Below, piece by piece: positions 53,185 through 64,000 of a DNA stretch of 64,000 bases. Under the pieces are notes generated by a model. It had not been told where the DNA came from. It made no database searches and was given only the letters and a program-made list of their open reading frames with translations. Origin of the DNA: Nymphaea colorata (taxonomy: Eukaryota); assembly GCF_008831285.2 (NCBI RefSeq), contig NC_045138.2, positions 30,690,001 to 30,754,000 on the forward strand. Reading direction: 5' to 3'. The stretch's first letter is position 1, and every line of letters begins with the position of its first letter. Both the position numbers and the translations under genes were made by a program.

Positions 53185-54639
53185 TTTGATATTGAGGGTG
53201 GTAGTGGTGAAGAGATGCTGGTTCTGCTCTTAAAATGCTCGACTCAGCGATGTTTATTGTTTATGTAGAGAGGCTTCAAGGAACTGTGAGTTACACACTT
53301 AATGTTTTTAGACTGATGAGCTTTTAATAGTATTGGAAATGTAGCTTCACCCATCAAATATTCATCTATTAACCTTCTTCCATCGCCCATGTTTCACGAG
53401 TAACGAAGTTCCAACATGTCGTTTCACGCCCATCACGCAATTTCTCATGCATATTGAGATGTTAATTTTTTTTATTTTATTTTACATTGCATTGCTCGTA
53501 TAATATCCTGTTACTGCTTTCTCATCAAGTGTAAGATACAGTTACTAATTTTGAATCCGACCCCTCTGGAGGAATTCGATCCCGGAACCAAGCCTTCGTT
53601 TGAGTAGCAGTAAAACCTCCTGAGTTTAATTCGTCTCCATGTTGCACAGTGTCAGTCAGTCTCTAGCAAAGTTTATTACATTTAACAAAAAATGATTCTC
53701 CCAACGTTCTATGATTATAGTTCAGTTCGATTCTAGTCTGTATAGTCACAGTGGGAGTTCGGATGACCAGAGGGAACCCTCCACCACAGTGAAAGGCTGA
53801 AGCTGCCTCCTTTTTCTTAGGAGGGTCTAGAACTACTTTGGTACTTGGGTGGTTTTACAATACATCATTTGCACATGTTACAGTCTAATGGAGTAACACT
53901 CACGAGAATTGAATTGAGGACAAATATTGACAATATGATATTCAAGTCGGTTGACCAGCTATACTACGCCTCTAGGAGCTAGTCACAGTTAAGAGTTAGT
54001 CGAACAATAATACGAATGAGAATCGAACTTTAGTATCTGAACGGTGGCACAACTACTCCACGCAGCAACCCCGTTGGGGTTCTCTTCTAATGGTTATCTG
54101 TGGGCATGATGCGGGCCACTCTTTCATGCATTATTCATCATCTATTACAAATTGTTCTATTAGCCTCTCTTCGGTCCACTGAAATCCGACTTGAATAATT
54201 TGATGGCAGGTTTTGAATTATTAGTTTTACTTGCATGTTGTATCGTCAAGAATTTTTGCTGCTATTTTCAATGTAAACATGAGTATCGTTAGATCGATGC
54301 ATTCTTTTGATAATTGAATGATTGGTTGATCCATATATTAAACTAGATATGGGTACAACCACCAAAAAGTGGCCTGAAAAAGATAACCTTTGACAGTTCA
54401 AGAGAATGAAAAAACCAGGACCTTTGAGAAACCAAGTGGGTGTATGATTATCTGAGACAGGAGATCATAGGGTTTGATCTAACAGAGAGCTGGCCTTCAA
54501 TTTTATGGTTTTGGGAAACTGCAGATACTAGAGTTATGAATTTGAGGTCTCCATCATCTTCCAAATTCATAGTTCTCTGGTAGGAGGGGGAGGAGATGAG
54601 GTTTCATATGAGATTCATGAAACTAAATATGCAAGAATT

Positions 54640-54990
54640 CCAAATTGTTGTCCTAATTCATTGTGTTTTGCTAATGACATTTTAACATTTTGCAAGCAAA
54701 AAAAGAATATCACCTGTTTGGATAATATTATCAAGGATTTTGCGGCCAAGGCAGGGATGAATATCAATCCGAATAAGTCTTCCATAATCCCTTTCAAGGT
54801 GTACCTCAGTAGATATGATGATATATTTGGACAGATGAATTGAAACATGGACAATGTTCGTGTCAGATGCCTTAAGATACAGAGGAAACACTGTAATAAT
54901 CTCTTGGATAAGATATCCAAGCACCTAAACTTATGGAAAGTGAAGCTACTACGTACACAGGGAGACCTTGCTTGAGCATTAGAGGGTGCT
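54640..54990 (+). mobile_element. Degenerate LINE (L1-type) reverse transcriptase remnant
   Basis: Translated fragments LCFANDILTFC (cf. FADD), FAAKAGMNINPNKSSI (cf. GLxINxxKS) and LLDKISKHLNLWKVKLL (cf. KIxxRLxxWKxKxL), interrupted by stops/frameshifts. Confidence 0.7.
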
Positions 54991-55021
54991 TGGTGACAGG
55001 AACCCTGCATTTTTTGAAATG

Positions 55022-55023
<2 letters not shown>

Positions 55024-55102
<79 letters not shown>
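55024..55102. repeat. Compound (AT)n(AG)n microsatellite
   Basis: Directly visible. Confidence 0.95.
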
Positions 55103-56207
55103 CTTTAGGACAATTTTTCTAATTTACATGTTGATGCCCCTTAAGATTTTAAAATTTGTTACTAGTGCCCCTTAGGCTCATAACTAGAGATTCTAACTTT
55201 GGCCCTACTTGCACCTAATCAGTTGGGAGTTTTGCCTACGGTGCCTATCTGCATATCTTGAAATTTTTGTGAACAAAATTTGGGGGAATTCCCAATAAAG
55301 TTGCATCGGGAATCCCAAAGGGTGTTTGATGACCCTTATAAATTGATGGTTTTGTCAAAATCTAGATATCTGTATCATAGATTTAAAAGCAAAGGGAGAA
55401 GTTCTGGTTATACAGATGCACAAGTTACAAGTTCCGACTGTGGTGCATGCATCTTTGATCAACAAGTCTATATTCCTTGTCGAAAACCATGAACATCAAA
55501 TCCTAAGATGTTTAACCCCAGGATTTTAAATCACTTTTGATATAATATGTAAGATCTCAACATCTCAAACTGTTGATCTCTTTAAACCCAGACCAAGATG
55601 AACACGCACAGCCCCAAGAGAAGTACCGTTCTAAATAAATGACATTTCTTGTGTTTGCGTAATAAAAAATGTTCATTTATGTTAAATTCATATTACTAAT
55701 ATGAGTTCATATCGATGCATCCGGTGGATCCTCATCGTATCCATTCCTCAACCCTAACCATACGTATGATGAGTTTCCAAATATGAATCGATGTACAGGC
55801 TATATTTGTAGGCAATAAAACTTTTTTTAAAATGTTTAAAATATACTGTATTTACAATAATTTAGATATTAATTTTTTTAACAAATTTTCCCGCAACCCA
55901 TTTCTGCATCTTTTCGTATAAAAAAGAAAATAAAATTACAAAAAAATAGAACATTAGACTCATGACGCCATTTTTCTGCAGATGTTCTAGGCTTTGTAAA
56001 GTATCTTGTTTACAAGATTATAAAATAACACGCGATTTTAAATAAGCACTTCACGGGTGTGACTGGGCACCAACTTTCTAATTTCTCCAGGTAAAAATTC
56101 GTTATTTTGCAAAATAACGGTCATTGGAGGACCTTGCCCAAAAACCTAAAGACCAGATGCCGGCTTCACTGCGTTTGAGAAAGAAGGAAGGTTGAGAGAG
56201 AGTCACG

Positions 56208-59902
<3,695 letters not shown>

Positions 59903-61319
59903 CAATAATACTGTCGAAGATGTCATCTACGTGTATTATTTTTTATGAAAATTTACATCACGGTAAAGGATCGTGGTGTGTAGGAGAGCATTACTGGTCG
60001 CTTCCTACATCAATAGCAGGAGTTTTTACGGCTTCCAGTGTAGTATAGACTATAGTGAACGTTTTATTGTCCTTTATTGTTCTTTCCATGTGAAGGCAGA
60101 GTGTGCTATGGGGATGTCCGTTTTGCGTGACTTGGTAAAGAGAAAATATGACATTTTCGGTTTTATATCAAAGATATAGATGAACCTTTTGAGTTGTTGA
60201 ATGTTAGTTTTCATCTTTATTTACTTGCAGCGTTTCAATTCGGTGTTTTCCTTGCAGGAGTTACATAAAATTTTGAAGTGGTCATCATCAATCTGTTGGG
60301 TTTTCATTCGCTGTTCCTCTTGTATCTTCCATTCATAGATGAATTTTCCCTAGCTCTTGTTGCTGTATTCATGAGAACAAGTTGGCATTACCCGGCTTTG
60401 TGGTTGTTTGATTCCCATTCCTCGGAACTATTTTCAAGAACTGGACATCTTGTTCTTAGTATTCGCCGGAAACAAATGTATCAACGAGCATGGTCATTTA
60501 AAACCAAACCGTGATCTGATCCGATTCTGTCCAACAGTTTTCATACTTATCACTAAATAAGATTCAATTATGCATGTAACACTGTACTCGGATTTTACTT
60601 GGGAGAATGTCCTAACCAGGATTTAGCTTTTATCTACTCAATCTTTCGATCCAGACACAGTATTACATGCGTAAAGCGTGACTTTTAACTATCATACACC
60701 GATAAGAAGATATGAGTCTTGAAATTGTTATATGTTAATAATATCATGTTCTTATTCCAATAGAAACAGTGTGGTCGTGAATATTATTTTTAGATTCAAC
60801 AATCATGCTCAAGATAACTACACCATTTTTGTTAAAACAAAAAAAAAAGTTTCGAGAACAAGTATTTAAGAACGTAAATATTTGATGGGAAAAGACACTT
60901 AAAATTTTTTACTTCATTTCAGGACTAGTTTGATTCACTTATAATCGTTCAAGTTTTAGAATCATTATTCTCGTTCGAAAATTGTGTTAGACAGATTCTG
61001 GAATTATATGGGATCATTGCGAAATCAAAGTTTTGGAACTATGAATTCACCTTAAGGTGGAACTATGATTATAGAATTCTGAAATTTTTTCATCTCTTTT
61101 TGGGGTAAAAGGCATAAAGGGTTTAATTTAAGAATTCTGTAATTTTAGTTTTTTTCATCAAACAAATCATTTTGTAATTTCAGAATCAAAATCTTATACT
61201 ATCAAACTCGAAGGAAAATCTGAATTTTCAATTCAATTCCAGGTTGAGGTCAAAATTTGAGTATACAATTTTTATTCTAAAATCAAAAGTCTAAAACATC
61301 AAGTGCTCCTAAACACTTG

Positions 61320-61340
61320 CGCGCACGCGCGCACACACAC

Positions 61341-61380
<40 letters not shown>
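61320..61380. repeat. Compound (CG)/(CA)/(AT) microsatellite
   Basis: Directly visible. Confidence 0.9.
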
Positions 61381-61383
<3 letters not shown>

Positions 61384-62332
61384 TATGTTATTTTATTAAA
61401 AACTGTTGCAAAAGTACATTCTGTCATTAGGTTAGTGGTAAAGATTTTAAGGATACGATTTTTTTTTTTTAAAGAGTACCCACCAATAGCCGGCTGTTTT
61501 TAACATATATACACATATAAGGACGTGAAAAATATTGCCTAAACCACTTAAATAGTTTTCTTTCACTTTTTTTTCTAATATATTGATAAACATCTAATTG
61601 AAAAAAGAAAGAGATAAAAACGACGTTGGAGTTCTCTCAAAAATTAGAAAACCGATCGTTAGAACATGACCGCGCTCTTTCTCCTCCTCTTTCCCCTTGC
61701 TCCTTTGCTGCGTGAGAGATCCTGCTGCGACTCTTCCTACCGGCTTGCAGGTACTCTCTCTCTCTCTTTTACGGCAGCCACTTCTCTGATAATGAGCGGT
61801 CATGGCCGACCAAAGAAGAATACTGTCAGTTAGATCTTCTATTGTTTACTGATTCATTGTGTGTCTGAAAATTAGTGTAGTCACGTTGTGCAATTGTTGT
61901 CTATAATGGCATGACAAACCGTTTTAGTGATAAATGTTTTGAGTTGATCAAACGAGCTGGTTTCTTTGAGTGGTTTTAGTGTTTGTTGTTGTGCAGTTTC
62001 CGTGTTTATAGAGGTACAAATTTTGATTGTTGAACGAAATTTTAAGATGGTGATGATGTGAATGCGTCGACAGTCACACGGGTGCTGCGTTTTTGTGAGG
62101 ATTCGCGAATCGGGTGCGGTCGTCAATCCTCGACGCGCGCCCGACTCGCATCAAACCGCACCATGGAATGTTGTTGTTGTTGTTGTTTTTTTTTTGTGTA
62201 AAAATCGATTTAGGGCAGACATCGTGCCTTTCCCGCTGCTCTGTCTCCGACGTCTCCGCCGCTGCTTAATCTCCTCCACCGTCCTCTCCGTCTTCTACCT
62301 CCACCGGCAGCATCCTCTCCGTCCGGCTTCCG

Positions 62333-62424
62333 CTGCTCTCTCTCCTCCACCGGCGGCATCTGCTCTCTCTCCTCCACCAGCGGCATCTGCTCTCTCTCCT
62401 CCACCAGCGGCCGCTGCTCTCTCT
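62333..62424 (+). repeat. 27-nt GC-rich tandem repeat, about 3.4 copies
   Basis: Unit CTGCTCTCTCTCCTCCACCRGCGGCAT at 62333, 62360, 62387, partial at 62414. Confidence 0.9.
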
Positions 62425-63320
62425 CTCTAAAATTAGGTTGCAATCTACAGACGATTACCCTTTTAAGTTTCACTTAGCTTTTTTTATTTTTCACTTAACT
62501 TTAAGGAAGGAAGGTAGCTAGAGTGACGCTCTGTTTTTGTGTTTCCTGTGTGCGTAGATGGCTTTTGAGAGAGAGGGAGAGATAGAGAGCGGTTCGGAGA
62601 TCAATTTTGCTATTTAACGTCTTAGCCAGCATTAATTGCAATCACACAGTGCCCTGTTAGATCTCTCTTTCTCTCGACAGCAAAGCCAATGTCAAATTAT
62701 AACTTGTAAAGTACACAGCATGAATTGTACTTGTAACTTGTAGGGTTCTTGGATTGGAATATATGGAGTTAACTGTCCTCAATGGATAATAGCAACGGAG
62801 GTCGGTCACTACCCTGTTTTTCCTATGTTATTTGTCCTGGTTTTCAGTATAAAAAACTAGCTGGCCTGCAGCTATGGTGTTTTCTGAAAGAATTATTGGT
62901 GATGACATCTCGATCACGTGCAGGCTTGCAATGGCCACAGTTTAGTTTGTGTTCCTCTTTATGATACATTAGGTAATATTCTCTTTACATGATCAGAAAA
63001 ATGACTTTTCTTCTATAGTTATTAGATAAATCATTGGAGTCGGTGTTGGCTGAATCATTTGTCAGCAGCCTTATATATTGTGTGCTGTATAAACTAACAT
63101 GAAAAAAGGCATATGATTTTTATAAACTTGACAACTGTGATCATCATATATTTTATTTAAGGCACATCTGTTGAAGTTTGTCAGGTTTTGGAATTCAAGC
63201 ATGTAAAAGCGTTTCTATAGAAACAGCTCGAGAGTTGAAGACGTTGCATGATCATGCTGATGCAATCCACAACAACAAGAAAACAAGTATTATTATGACA
63301 AATACTGGCATGCCTCCTAA

Positions 63321-64000
63321 GGTTCTGACAGAAAAAGAAAGACTATAAAGACATGTATTGATTCTTATGGAAGAGCAGAATTAGATAAAATGATTGCTAA
63401 GTTTTTCTATTCTAGCTGCATTCCTTTCAATGTAGTTAGAAATCCATATTGGAAGAAGTGTATTACTATGCTTGCAAACGGCAAATTATCAGGATATATA
63501 CCTCCCAGTTCAGAAAGGTTACAAACGTCACTTCTTACGGATGTAAAAAGCGAGGTTGAGCAAAGTTTAGAAAGAAAAAAGTTTAAATGGAACACGACCG
63601 GGGTATCAATTGTTTCTGGTGGGTGGACAGACATTCAAAGACGTCCACTAATTAATTTTATTGCCATTGCACGTAATGAACCAATATTTTTGAAGGCAGT
63701 TGATGCATCTGGAGAATATCAAGATGTTGAATATTTGAAGCAATTATTTATAGAAGCCATCAAGGAGGTTGGTCCTGATAAAGTGGTGCAGCTCATTACA
63801 GACAATGTTGCTGTATGCAAAAGTGCTGGACTTAGTTTAAGGTATGATTTCCCACATATTTTTTGGACCCCATGTGTTCCACATACTTTGAATTTAGCAC
63901 TGAAGGACATATGCAATCCTTCAAGTCAAGATGCAGATCCTAAGGGACATGAGCTATTCTCATGGATTCAAGAGATTGAAAAAGATGCAAGAAATATTAT
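63321..64000 (+). mobile_element. hAT transposase (DUF659/RNase H-like region), open frame running off the window
   Basis: Frame open from 63321: ...IAKFFYSSCIPFNVVRNPYWKK...GYIPPSSERL...WNTTGVSIVSGGWTDIQRRPLINF...IFLKAVDASG...IKEVGPDKVVQLITDN...PHIFWTPCVPHTLNLALKDI. These are classic plant hAT motifs ((D)GW, TDN, CxxH). Element ends not identified. Confidence 0.88.

Overview
Plant (angiosperm) nuclear genomic DNA: AT-rich, gene-dense, with spliced genes. Exon by exon I could reconstruct a (6-4) photolyase UVR3 (minus strand, 14 exons, 3' end runs off the window), two intact STRAP/UNRIP-like WD40 paralogues in a tail-to-tail inverted duplication, an RH48/RH33-like DEAD-box helicase, a membrane steroid-binding protein (cytochrome b5-like) and PRMT10. 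A hAT (DUF659-type) transposase reading frame runs off the right edge. Introns carry several MITEs with readable TIRs and TSDs, and there is an intergenic LINE remnant plus microsatellites. The most notable hidden element is non-coding: a 184-nt box C/D RNA on the minus strand at 13259-13442, between UVR3 and STRAP-A. It has a terminal stem, boxes C and D, a long G-U-rich internal hairpin and a 10-nt guide complementary to U5 snRNA loop 1, with the D+5 rule pointing at the loop-1 G. This makes it a candidate independently transcribed scaRNA (snoR102/scaR102-like). Three GC-AG introns and two duplicated splice junctions are also visible. Family names come from motif recognition, not database searches.
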